Shown here: positions 39,041 through 47,302 of the stretch, in pieces
How positions within the stretch are numbered: position 1 is the first letter of the stretch
How the letters are laid out: each line of letters opens with the position of its first letter
DNA from: Vulcanimicrobiales bacterium
GTDB lineage: Bacteria > Vulcanimicrobiota > Vulcanimicrobiia > Vulcanimicrobiales > Vulcanimicrobiaceae
Direction: 5' to 3'
NCBI GenBank assembly: GCA_038215615.1
Contig: JBBQQR010000003.1
Coordinates: forward strand, 81,350 to 145,349
Length of the DNA: 64,000 nt
The notes under the pieces: model-generated
Database searches by the model: none
Seen by the model: the letters and a program-made list of their open reading frames with translations, nothing else
What the model was told of the DNA's origin: nothing
Made by a program: the position numbers and the translations under genes

Positions 39041-41499
39041 GCCGGCGCCAATTCCGCCGCCACCGTTTCGATGGCGTAAGCCTCGATGATATCGCCCTGT
39101 TTAAGGTCTTGGTAGCGCGCAATTTGTATGCCGCACTCAAAGCCTTCGGCCACTTCGCGCGCATCGTCTTTGAAGCGCCGCAGCGATTCGATCTCGCCGT
39201 CGAAGATCACGGCGCTGTCGCGCAGCACGCGCACTTTGGCGTTGCGCGCAATCTTGCCGTCCTTCACGTAGCAGCCGGCGATGCTTCCCACTTTGCTGAC
39301 CTTGAAGATTTCGCGTACTTCGGCGTGACCCAGGGTGACTTCGCGCTTCACCGGCGCGAGCATACCGCGCATGGCTTTCTTCAGATCGTCTTCGACTTCG
39401 TAAATGACTTGATAGAAGCGCAAGTCGACGCCTTCGTTCTCGGCCAGCCGCTTTGCCGTCTCGTCGGGCCGCACGTTGAAACCTATGAGCACGCCGTTCG
39501 AGGCGCTCGCGAGGTTGACGTCGTTGGGCGTAACCGCTCCGACGGCTCCGTGAATAACGCGAATGTCGACTTCCCCGGTTGAGAGCGATTCCATACGCGT
39601 GCGCAACGCTTCGACCGAACCTTGCGCGTCGGCTTTGATGATGAGATTGAGCGTCTTCTTACCTTCGGCCGGCATCGACATAAACGTCTCGAGCGAAACC
39701 TTTTGTCCACCCGCGGCTTCAATGCGCACGTCGCGCCGCCGCGTCTTGCGCTTGTCGGCAGCTTCGCGCGCAACGCGTTCGTCGCTCACAACCATCAGGG
39801 CGTCACCCGCCGAAGGAACGTCTTGCAAGCCCATGACCTCGACCGGAATCGAAGGTCCGGCTTTCTTCACTTGCTTGCCGGTGTCGTCAACGAGCGCGCG
39901 GATTTTTCCGAACGTTCCGCCGGCGACGACGATGTCGCCCACGCGCAGCGTTCCGTTTTGTACGAGCACCGTGGCGACGGCTCCGCGACCGCGATCGAGG
40001 CGCGCTTCGATCACCGCGCCGGTGGCGCGGCGGTTCGAGTTCGCTCGAAGATTGCGGATATCGGCCTCGAGCAGCACCGTTTCCAGCAGCTTGTCGATGC
40101 CGTCACCCGTGCGCGCCGAAACCGGAACCATTTCGATCGTGCCGCCCCAGTCGACGGCTTGCAAGCCCTCTTCGGAGAGTTGTTGTTTTACGCGTTCGGG
40201 CTGCGCTTCGGCCCGGTCCATTTTGTTCATGGCAACGACGATCGGCACGCCGGCGGCTTTGATATGCGCGATTGCCTCTTTGGTTTGCGGCATGACGCCG
40301 TCGTCGGCGGCTACCACCAGGACGGCGACATCGGTAACTTTCGCTCCGCGTGCGCGCATCTCGGTGAACGCCTCGTGACCGGGCGTGTCGATAAACGTGA
40401 TCTTGCGATTATTGAGTTCGACCGTGTACGCACCGATGCGCTGCGTGATGCCGCCGGCTTCGCCGCCCGCGACGTTCGCGCTGCGAATCTTGTCGAGCAG
40501 CGAGGTCTTGCCGTGATCCACGTGCCCCAGCACCGTAACGACGGGCGGACGAGGCGTGAGCATCTCGGGCTTATCTTCCTCTTGCTCGACGGTAACTTCT
40601 TCCCCGGCTTCTTTTACAACCGCATTGAAGCCGAACTTCTTTGCGACCGAAATGGCGACGTCGCTCGGAATGTTTTGATTGATGGTCGCCATCGTGCCCA
40701 TCTTGATCAGTTCGCCGATAATATCTTTGGCCGGAACGATCATCGAAGTCGCCAGCTCTTGCACGGTGAGCAAATCGGGAATTTCAATCGTCTCGAGCTT
40801 GGCGGCCGGCGGCGGCGCAACGGCCTCGGGCCGTTTCTTCCGCGTGCGCTCTTTTTCGATCAGCAGCTCTTTCTCGCGATCTTTCTTGCTGAGCTTGTCC
40901 TCGTGCGCGCCGCGCACGCGATCGCCCGGGCGTCCACCGGAGCTGGGGGCGGGGCCGTCGGTAACCGCACCGATGGGACGGAACGGACGCGGCGGCGTGA
41001 GCGGGCGGAATGGTCCGTTGCCTTGCGGCCTGCGCACCGGCGCGGCTTGAATCAGACGTCCGGGTTGAGGAACGCGCGGAGCGGGAGAAGCGGATACCGA
41101 GGTGGTCGGCGGAGGCGCGGCAGGACGCGCGGTTCCGTCGCCGGTGCGCGGCGTGACGGGCTTGACTGCCGGTCGGCGCGTCGCCGTGACGGGTTTGAGC
41201 GTCGGGATCGGTTCGGGTGCGGGCTCTTCGGCTTGGTCGGGTTCGGCCGCTTCGGGCTTGACGGCGCGCTTGGGCGCAGCTTTAGGCGGCCCCGCGGCTG
41301 CCGTAGCGGGCGCTTTGGGCGCCGGCGGCTTGGCCAAGACTTTTCGAACGAGGTCTGCGATTTGGTCGGGAACGACGCTGAGCTGATTTTTTGCTTCAAA
41401 GACGCCGGTCAAGCGCTCGTTGAAGAGCGCGATCAACTCTTTTGAAGTGAGTCCGACCTCTTTTGCGAGCTCGAATATCCGAACTTTTCCGGTAGCCAA
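39037..41499 (-). CDS. infB: translation initiation factor IF-2
   Basis: RIFELAKE, GHVDHGKT, DTPGH, NKMD, ECGI; TTG start. Confidence 0.97.
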   Translation of the reverse strand: MATGKVRIFELAKEVGLTSKELIALFNERLTGVFEAKNQLSVVPDQIADLVRKVLAKPPAPKAPATAAAGPPKAAPKRAVKPEAAEPDQAEEPAPEPIPTLKPVTATRRPAVKPVTPRTGDGTARPAAPPPTTSVSASPAPRVPQPGRLIQAAPVRRPQGNGPFRPLTPPRPFRPIGAVTDGPAPSSGGRPGDRVRGAHEDKLSKKDREKELLIEKERTRKKRPEAVAPPPAAKLETIEIPDLLTVQELATSMIVPAKDIIGELIKMGTMATINQNIPSDVAISVAKKFGFNAVVKEAGEEVTVEQEEDKPEMLTPRPPVVTVLGHVDHGKTSLLDKIRSANVAGGEAGGITQRIGAYTVELNNRKITFIDTPGHEAFTEMRARGAKVTDVAVLVVAADDGVMPQTKEAIAHIKAAGVPIVVAMNKMDRAEAQPERVKQQLSEEGLQAVDWGGTIEMVPVSARTGDGIDKLLETVLLEADIRNLRANSNRRATGAVIEARLDRGRGAVATVLVQNGTLRVGDIVVAGGTFGKIRALVDDTGKQVKKAGPSIPVEVMGLQDVPSAGDALMVVSDERVAREAADKRKTRRRDVRIEAAGGQKVSLETFMSMPAEGKKTLNLIIKADAQGSVEALRTRMESLSTGEVDIRVIHGAVGAVTPNDVNLASASNGVLIGFNVRPDETAKRLAENEGVDLRFYQVIYEVEDDLKKAMRGMLAPVKREVTLGHAEVREIFKVSKVGSIAGCYVKDGKIARNAKVRVLRDSAVIFDGEIESLRRFKDDAREVAEGFECGIQIARYQDLKQGDIIEAYAIETVAAELAPA

Positions 41500-41641
41500 A
41501 GTTTGCCTTTCACGTTCGCAGGCGTGTAAGTGTACCTCGGAACGTAAGCCGAGAACGCCTGCGCCGTCCTCACCTCATGCTACGCTCCTTGGTGGCGCGC
41601 CCAGCGCGCCTAATCATAGTAGTTGTGCATCATCATTTCAC
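41500..41641 (-). promoter_or_regulatory. putative internal promoter and structured infB leader with minigene
   Basis: GTGAAA-N17-TATGAT (41641-41613); AAGGAG-N6-ATG AGG TGA (41590-41570); 9-bp stem 41517-41525/41555-41563. Confidence 0.55.
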
Positions 41642-41887
41642 AGAAGTCGAACCTTGTTGAGACACATCTTCGGCAGCCGCAGATGCAAGCCCCGGATAGC
41701 GGCGGTTCTTCTGCGCCAGCTTGAGGCAATCCGGGGAGGCGCACAAGTAGGTTCCGCGCCCCGATAGGCGCTTTGCCGGGTCGGCACGCCACTCCCGCGG
41801 CCCCGTGCGGACGAACCGCCGGAGGACCGCCTGGGGCCGGCGCTCGCGGCACCCGGCGCACTGGCGGGCCGGAACATGCCCGACCAC
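41633..41887 (-). CDS. ylxR: YlxR (DUF448) family protein
   Basis: PARQCAGCRE...LRRFV...GRGTYLC...C; between nusA and infB. Confidence 0.88.
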   Translation of the reverse strand: MVGHVPARQCAGCRERRPQAVLRRFVRTGPREWRADPAKRLSGRGTYLCASPDCLKLAQKNRRYPGLASAAAEDVSQQGSTSVK

Positions 41888-41892
41888 GGTGC

Positions 41893-43092
41893 CTACTCGC
41901 TCAGCCGCTCGCGTTTGAACTCCTCGAGCTTGCGGATAAGGTCTTCGTCGATGGCGGGCAGCGCCTCGCTCTCCTCGGCCTCGCCGCCCTCCTCGGCCGC
42001 AGGCGCGGCTTGCCGCTCGGCCCGCTCGGCCAAATACCGTTCGCGCGCTTCGGCGGCCTCGGTTTCGCTCGTGATATCCAAACGCCAGCCCGTCATCTGC
42101 GCCGCCAGCCGCACGTTTTGGCCTTCCTTGCCGATGGCCAGCGAAAGTTGGTAATCGGGCACAATGACGAGCGCGACGCCGTCGTCTTCGAAGAGCTCGA
42201 CGGTCAAGACTTTCGCCGGAGCGAGCGCGTTCATGATCAAATTCGTTTGATCCGGATCCCACTTGATGACATCGATTTTCTCGCCGCGCAGTTCGTCGGA
42301 GACGTTTGCAATGCGGCTGGATTTGGGCCCCAAACAAGCGCCGATCGGATCGACTTCGGCACGGGCGCTGCGCACCGCGACTTTCGTGCGGCTGCCGGGT
42401 TCGCGCGCGATCGCCATAATTTCGACCGTGCCGTCCTCAACTTCAGGGACATTGAACTCCAGCAAACGCTGCACCAGCCCGTCGGCAGAGCGCGACAAGA
42501 TGACGCTCGGGCCTTTGGGAGATTTGCGCACATCCAACACGTAGGCGCGAATGAAGTCGTTGATCCGGAAATTTTCCTGCGGCACTTGCTCCGAGAGCGG
42601 CAGCATCGCTTCGTCCTTGCCGTCGAGCAGTATGTACATGTTGCGCTGTTCGAAGCGCTGAACCGTGCCGGTGACGATGTCGTTGAGTTTCGCAGCGTAC
42701 TTGTTGTAAACAGTGTCGCGTTCGGCTTCGCGGATGCGCTGAACGATGACTTGCTTGGCGGTCTGTGCGGCGATACGCCCAAAGTCTTTGGGTGTAACTT
42801 CTTCGTCGAAGTAATCGCCGGCCTGATACTGCGGCCCCGCCTCTTTGGGCGTAATTTCCAGCTTCGGATCGGTGATTTCTTCTGCCACGATCCGGCGGTG
42901 AAAGACTTTGTATTCGCCGGTTTGCCGGTCGACCGAGACGATCGCATTCGCTTCGCTTCCAAAGTGCCGTTTGTAGGCGGTCAAGAGCGCGGCTTCCAGC
43001 GCTTCGATCAACATCTCGAACGGAATGTTCCGCTCCCGCGAGATGTATTGCAGAACGTCTATCAGTTTTTCTTCGGTCATTTGTTCAGGCAT
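41893..43092 (-). CDS. nusA: transcription factor NusA
   Basis: FGRIAAQTAKQ, AREPGSRTKVAV, AIGKEGQNVRLA. Confidence 0.97.
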   Translation of the reverse strand: MPEQMTEEKLIDVLQYISRERNIPFEMLIEALEAALLTAYKRHFGSEANAIVSVDRQTGEYKVFHRRIVAEEITDPKLEITPKEAGPQYQAGDYFDEEVTPKDFGRIAAQTAKQVIVQRIREAERDTVYNKYAAKLNDIVTGTVQRFEQRNMYILLDGKDEAMLPLSEQVPQENFRINDFIRAYVLDVRKSPKGPSVILSRSADGLVQRLLEFNVPEVEDGTVEIMAIAREPGSRTKVAVRSARAEVDPIGACLGPKSSRIANVSDELRGEKIDVIKWDPDQTNLIMNALAPAKVLTVELFEDDGVALVIVPDYQLSLAIGKEGQNVRLAAQMTGWRLDITSETEAAEARERYLAERAERQAAPAAEEGGEAEESEALPAIDEDLIRKLEEFKRERLSE

Positions 43093-43591
43093 GTTGTTGT
43101 CTCTTCTGTTCCTTTGCACGCTTTAAGTCTGCGCGCACGTCGTATTCTAAGTTTGCGTTCTTTATCGTCTCGATCGGCAGCGGCAACTCGCCGCTTTCCG
43201 TTTGCAGAATCACCGCGGTGCCGCGAACCCCTTGCAAGACGCCGCGATGGGTTTTCGTTCCGCGTACGAGCAGCGACGTGACGATCTTCGCATCGCGGCC
43301 TGCAAAACGCGTGTAGTCTCCAGGCTTCGTCAGCGGCCGGTTCAAGCCGGCGGACTCCACCTCGAGTTGGTAGGCTTCTTCGAAATCCCCAAGCCGTTTG
43401 TTTATCGCAGATGCGATGCGCTCGCACGAGCGAACGTCGACGCCGCCTTCGCGATCGATCGTCACGCTCAGCACGCTCTTGTTTCCGGTACCGCGCGCGC
43501 TGTACTGTACGATCTCGACGCCGGCAAAACGATCGTCGCGCGCAATCTCCTGGACCGCGTGCTCGAATTCGCCTGCCAACGACCTTGCCAC
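43085..43591 (-). CDS. rimP: ribosome maturation factor RimP
   Basis: IDREGGV...CE, YQLEVESAGLNRPL; GTG start at 43591 after GGGGG. Confidence 0.93.
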   Translation of the reverse strand: MARSLAGEFEHAVQEIARDDRFAGVEIVQYSARGTGNKSVLSVTIDREGGVDVRSCERIASAINKRLGDFEEAYQLEVESAGLNRPLTKPGDYTRFAGRDAKIVTSLLVRGTKTHRGVLQGVRGTAVILQTESGELPLPIETIKNANLEYDVRADLKRAKEQKRQQHA

Positions 43592-43613
43592 AAAGACCCC
43601 CAAGGAACAACGA

Positions 43614-43658
43614 AGCGCGGGACCTGCCCACGCTATTGACCTACCACGGACTAGCATA
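43614..43658 (-). promoter_or_regulatory. rimP -10 box (TATGCT) and leader hairpin
   Basis: AGCGTGGG-CAGGT-CCCGCGCT followed by TCGTTGTT; resembles the GTGGG/CCCAC-type hairpin commonly seen ahead of rimP. Confidence 0.6.
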
Positions 43659-43662
43659 CCTG

Positions 43663-43706
43663 AAAAATGCGACGGGCCGCAACCCCAGGTGGGGCGGGCC
43701 CCTCGC
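43663..43706 (-). terminator. intrinsic terminator
   Basis: GCGAGGGGCCCGCCCCACCTGGGGTTGCGGCCCGTCGCATTTTT. Confidence 0.65.
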
Positions 43707-43878
43707 TCTTACCTACTTTGTGTCGGTTTACGCGTTACGAGCACGCTCTTCTTCCGGTCTACGTCCGGATGCCGCTGGGCGCTCGTCTGGCGCTCCTTAA
43801 ATCGGGCGTGCTCCGCGGGCTCTACTGCCCGGTGGATCTTGCGGTTCCAACCGCCCTCCTTACTTTGTCTCTGTGACA
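43663..43878 (-). ncRNA. candidate ~215-nt structured small RNA of unknown family
   Basis: Bounded by a near-consensus sigma70 promoter and a terminator; several hairpins plus an 8-bp long-range stem GAGCACGC/GCGTGCTC. Confidence 0.55.
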
Positions 43879-43883
43879 CCTCA

Positions 43884-43912
43884 ATTGTACGCCGACAAAT
43901 GTCGGGTTTCAA
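43884..43912 (-). promoter_or_regulatory. sigma70-type promoter TTGAAA-N17-TACAAT with palindrome CCGACA-N2-TGTCGG in the spacer
   Basis: -35 at 43912-43907, -10 at 43889-43884, palindrome at 43892-43905. Confidence 0.72.
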
Positions 43913-43939
43913 GAACCTAGCGCATGAAAGGGTGGGAGG

Positions 43940-45196
43940 CTAGGGAGGCGAGGGCGTGGACGGCGTGTAGGGCACCAGATTGCCGCTGCACGGGAACGTC
44001 TGGTCGGGCTCGACGATCCATGGGTCCTTGCCGGCGATCGGCTGGCGGATCACCCAGCCCGTGCACATCTGAACGCCGGCGACTCGCTTCACCGACGTGA
44101 CGTACATTTTTATGCCGCGTTCCTCGGGTGTCGCGCCCAGCGGCCAAAGTTTCCACCGCTGGCTCGCAACATTTTCCGTGTAAATGAATTTCGTTATCGC
44201 TGCGATGGCAGGCGGCGGCGTCGGCTCCGCCGGCTTGATGTGGCTGATGTCACCCTTATACATACGCGGCGTCGCGATCGCGTACGGTCCCGGCGTCGGT
44301 AAGATATTCCGGAGACGCTGATTGAGATTGCGCGACGTTTTGGATGCCGGCTTCCCTTGCGCGGCCGCCGGATGCGGTGTCGACTCGACTGTTTGTATCG
44401 GTTTCGCGACCGAGCTGGATTTGACGGGGGCGATGCCCTTGGGTCCGGGCGAGCCCAAGGTCTTTGGACCCGGACTCGCGGCGCCGCCGCGCGAGATCGT
44501 TGGCTGCGGCAAGCGCGTGGGGCCCGGACTCGGCACGCCCGGCGTGGGTTTGCGAATCTGCACTTGCGACGTCATGCCGGGCGTCACGACCGCTTGCGGC
44601 GTGGCCTGCGCGATCAGCGGAGCAAATGTCGCTTGCGGGGCCTTCGGCTGCTCGATCTTCGGAACGGGCCGCGCGGTTGGCGCGGCCGTCGGGGCTTGTG
44701 TCGGCGGAGCGGTGGGCGGCGCATGAATCGTAGCGGCCACGATGCGCGCGGGCACGCTCGTTGGGACAGCTGCCACAATCGGAAGCGGCGTCAGTGCGAT
44801 TTCGGGTTGCGTGGGCTGCGGGTTGGGCGCAGCCGAGGCTTCCGGCGCGGGCGTCGGATTGGGCGGCGCGGTCGGCGCAAACTTTGAAAGCTCGTGATGA
44901 ACGGGCGGGTGCGGCGGCGCCGAGCGCGGCTGCGCGGCCGCCTGCTGCGGCGCGGTCCGCGCGTGTGGAATCGGCGGAGCAGCGTGCGGCACCGCGACCG
45001 GAACGGTTTTGGGAACAGCTTGGCTCGTCACCGTGACGATCTGCGATCCTTGCACCGACTCCGAGGAGGCCTGCTCGGAGGACGAGGTCGCGATCGAAAA
45101 GAGCAATGCCGCCAAAAGGGCATGCAAAATGAGCGAGGCGACAAAGCTCGTCGTCAAACGCTGCGGATGACGGCGATCGTTGTCGTCGCGCGGCAC
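43940..45196 (-). CDS. TonB/TolA-like membrane-anchored Pro-rich protein with unrecognised C-terminal domain
   Basis: TM segment with SLILH (SxxxH), long Pro/Ala/Thr linker, C-terminal domain with two Cys. Confidence 0.7.
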   Translation of the reverse strand: MPRDDNDRRHPQRLTTSFVASLILHALLAALLFSIATSSSEQASSESVQGSQIVTVTSQAVPKTVPVAVPHAAPPIPHARTAPQQAAAQPRSAPPHPPVHHELSKFAPTAPPNPTPAPEASAAPNPQPTQPEIALTPLPIVAAVPTSVPARIVAATIHAPPTAPPTQAPTAAPTARPVPKIEQPKAPQATFAPLIAQATPQAVVTPGMTSQVQIRKPTPGVPSPGPTRLPQPTISRGGAASPGPKTLGSPGPKGIAPVKSSSVAKPIQTVESTPHPAAAQGKPASKTSRNLNQRLRNILPTPGPYAIATPRMYKGDISHIKPAEPTPPPAIAAITKFIYTENVASQRWKLWPLGATPEERGIKMYVTSVKRVAGVQMCTGWVIRQPIAGKDPWIVEPDQTFPCSGNLVPYTPSTPSPP

Positions 45197-45266
45197 GATT
45201 TGAAACTAATGCGCCCATCCCGGCGCAGGAGCCTCCAGAGCGGGCCTCGCAAGCGCGGTAGTCTCG

Positions 45267-46694
45267 ATGGAAACGATTCAAAAACGAACGAAAATCGTCG
45301 CAACGATTGGTCCGGCCTCCAGCGATCCGGAGATCATTCGCTCGCTCGTCCTGTCGGGCGCGAACGTCTTCCGCCTGAATTTTTCGCACGGCGAACCGGC
45401 CGCGCACGGAAAAATGATCGATGCGATCCGGAAAATCGCCGCCGAGTTGGAAACGCACATCGCGGTCTTGCAAGATTTGCCCGGGCCCAAGGTGCGAACA
45501 GGCAAACTCGGCGACGCGACTTCGGTGCATCTCGAGCGCGGCGCGCCGTTTGTGCTGACGACCGAGGCCGTGCCCGGAGATTCGCAGCGCGTTTGCGTGA
45601 CGTACAAGCATTTGCCGGCCGACGTCGCGGTGGACAAACGCATCTATCTGCAAGACGGCGCGATCGTGCTGCGCATCGTCGACAAGAACGCGACGGAGAT
45701 CCACACAACCGTCGAAGTGGGCGGCGAGCTTCGTCCGTCCCAGGGCATCAACTATCCCGACGGTTCGCTGAATCTCTCAGCCGTCTCCGAGCGCGATCTC
45801 GAATATCTCGCTTTCGGACTGGATAAAGACGTCGATTACGTTGCAGTGTCGTTCGTCCGTACCGCGGAAGATATTGCGCGCGTGAAAACGTTCATCGCCG
45901 ATCGCAAGAAGACAACGCGCGTTCTCGCCAAGATCGAGAAGCACGAAGCGCTCGAAGACATCGAAAACATCATCGCGCATGCCGATGGCATCATGGTGGC
46001 GCGCGGCGACTTGGGAATCGAGATTCCGCTCGAGCGCGTGCCGATGGTACAGAAAGATCTTATCGCGCGCTGTAATCGCGCCAGCAAGCCGGTCGTGACC
46101 GCCACGCAGATGCTCGAGTCGATGACGTCGAGCCCGCGTCCGACGCGCGCCGAAACCACCGATGTCGCCAATGCGATCCTCGACGGCACCGACGCGGTCA
46201 TGCTTTCAGGCGAGACGGCCCTTGGCGCCTATCCCACCGAGGCGGTGCGCGTGATGGCCGAGATCGCGCGCGAGGTCGAGAAACAATACCCGCACGAGTT
46301 GTTGCAACTTCGGCGGCTGGAAGGCGTGACGCCCGATATTGCAACGTCGATCGCGGAAGCCGCCACCCGGGCGAGCGCCGAGCTGAAACTGCCGTACATC
46401 GTGACCGGCACGACCACCGGCAACGCCGCGCACCATATTTCCGCATTCCGTCCGAAGGCGCGCATCATTGCGCTCACGCCGGTGCCGGAAGTGGCACGGC
46501 GCCTGGCGCTGGTGTGGGGCATCGAATCGCTGGTGATCGAGCGCTACTCGTCGATCGACGTATTGCTGCACATTATGGAGCAGCGCATGCTTTCCGAGGG
46601 GCTTGTCAGCAACGGCGATTGCGTCGCGTTTACCACCGGTATGCCGGTCGGCGCCGGCGGCACGAACTTGCTAAAGATTCACCAGATCCCCTAG
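45267..46694 (+). CDS. pyk: pyruvate kinase
   Basis: TKIVATIGPAS, RLNFSHG, MVARGDLG, ATQMLESM, MLSGETA. Confidence 0.97.
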   Translation: METIQKRTKIVATIGPASSDPEIIRSLVLSGANVFRLNFSHGEPAAHGKMIDAIRKIAAELETHIAVLQDLPGPKVRTGKLGDATSVHLERGAPFVLTTEAVPGDSQRVCVTYKHLPADVAVDKRIYLQDGAIVLRIVDKNATEIHTTVEVGGELRPSQGINYPDGSLNLSAVSERDLEYLAFGLDKDVDYVAVSFVRTAEDIARVKTFIADRKKTTRVLAKIEKHEALEDIENIIAHADGIMVARGDLGIEIPLERVPMVQKDLIARCNRASKPVVTATQMLESMTSSPRPTRAETTDVANAILDGTDAVMLSGETALGAYPTEAVRVMAEIAREVEKQYPHELLQLRRLEGVTPDIATSIAEAATRASAELKLPYIVTGTTTGNAAHHISAFRPKARIIALTPVPEVARRLALVWGIESLVIERYSSIDVLLHIMEQRMLSEGLVSNGDCVAFTTGMPVGAGGTNLLKIHQIP

Positions 46695-46701
46695 CGGACG
46701 A

Positions 46702-47260
46702 TTAGTGCGTCCCTCCCGCATCGACGCTAAAGCCGCTGTACGTAGCGGTAACGTCGGCGGACATCTTGGGAATGCGCACTGCCGCATCTTGTTCGGAGAC
46801 GACTTCACGCGCGGCGACGGTGTTATATTTCTGCGTCATCGTAATCGTGCCGCCGTCGGTGCGCGTCCACACGGCCTAATCGATATGCGCTCTGGCCAGG
46901 TCGACGGTGATATCGAGCGACCGGACGAGCTTTACAACTTTGGGCACCAGACGCACGACGGGCTCGACTCCCGGCGACTGCGGAACGAGCAGTGAGACGT
47001 TGTATCGCTGCGGCCAGGCGTTCGGATTGGCGAGGTCTTCTTCCAAAGAGCTGAGCTGATCGAGCGCTTTAGGCGCATCCTGGAAAGCGAAATGATAAAA
47101 GCCAGGATGCTTATAGACTTCGCTTCCACTTACGGTCTTCGTGATCCACGGGAAACCACGCATATGCATGCGCTCTTGCACGTTGGCCGTATACCGGCTC
47201 GGCGCCGCCGGGTTCGAAGCCAGCCGCTGCATGATTTGGCTTAACGAGCCGCCCCCTCAT
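46702..47260 (-). pseudogene. disrupted gene for a beta-rich (probably exported) protein
   Basis: In-frame TAG at 46876-46878 followed by 57 further sense codons (AVWTRTDGGTITMTQKY...GGTH*); upstream ATG at 47260 is out of frame and there is no signal peptide. Confidence 0.65.
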
Positions 47261-47302
47261 ATCGCATTCCACCATTAACGAAACGTTCATAGTAGCGGCG
47301 GG

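Noticed and set aside
43709..43912. 67-aa ORF (56 aa from GTG) as a protein gene
   Set aside because: Its TTG is the -35 box, and the GTG lies at or just before the expected TSS with no SD. The dense hairpins favour an RNA, though a leaderless peptide is not excluded.
46876..46878. Pyrrolysine or amber recoding
   Set aside because: TAG is used as a normal stop in many genes here (pyk, nrnA, nusA), no pyl genes are present, and the gene has a second lesion.
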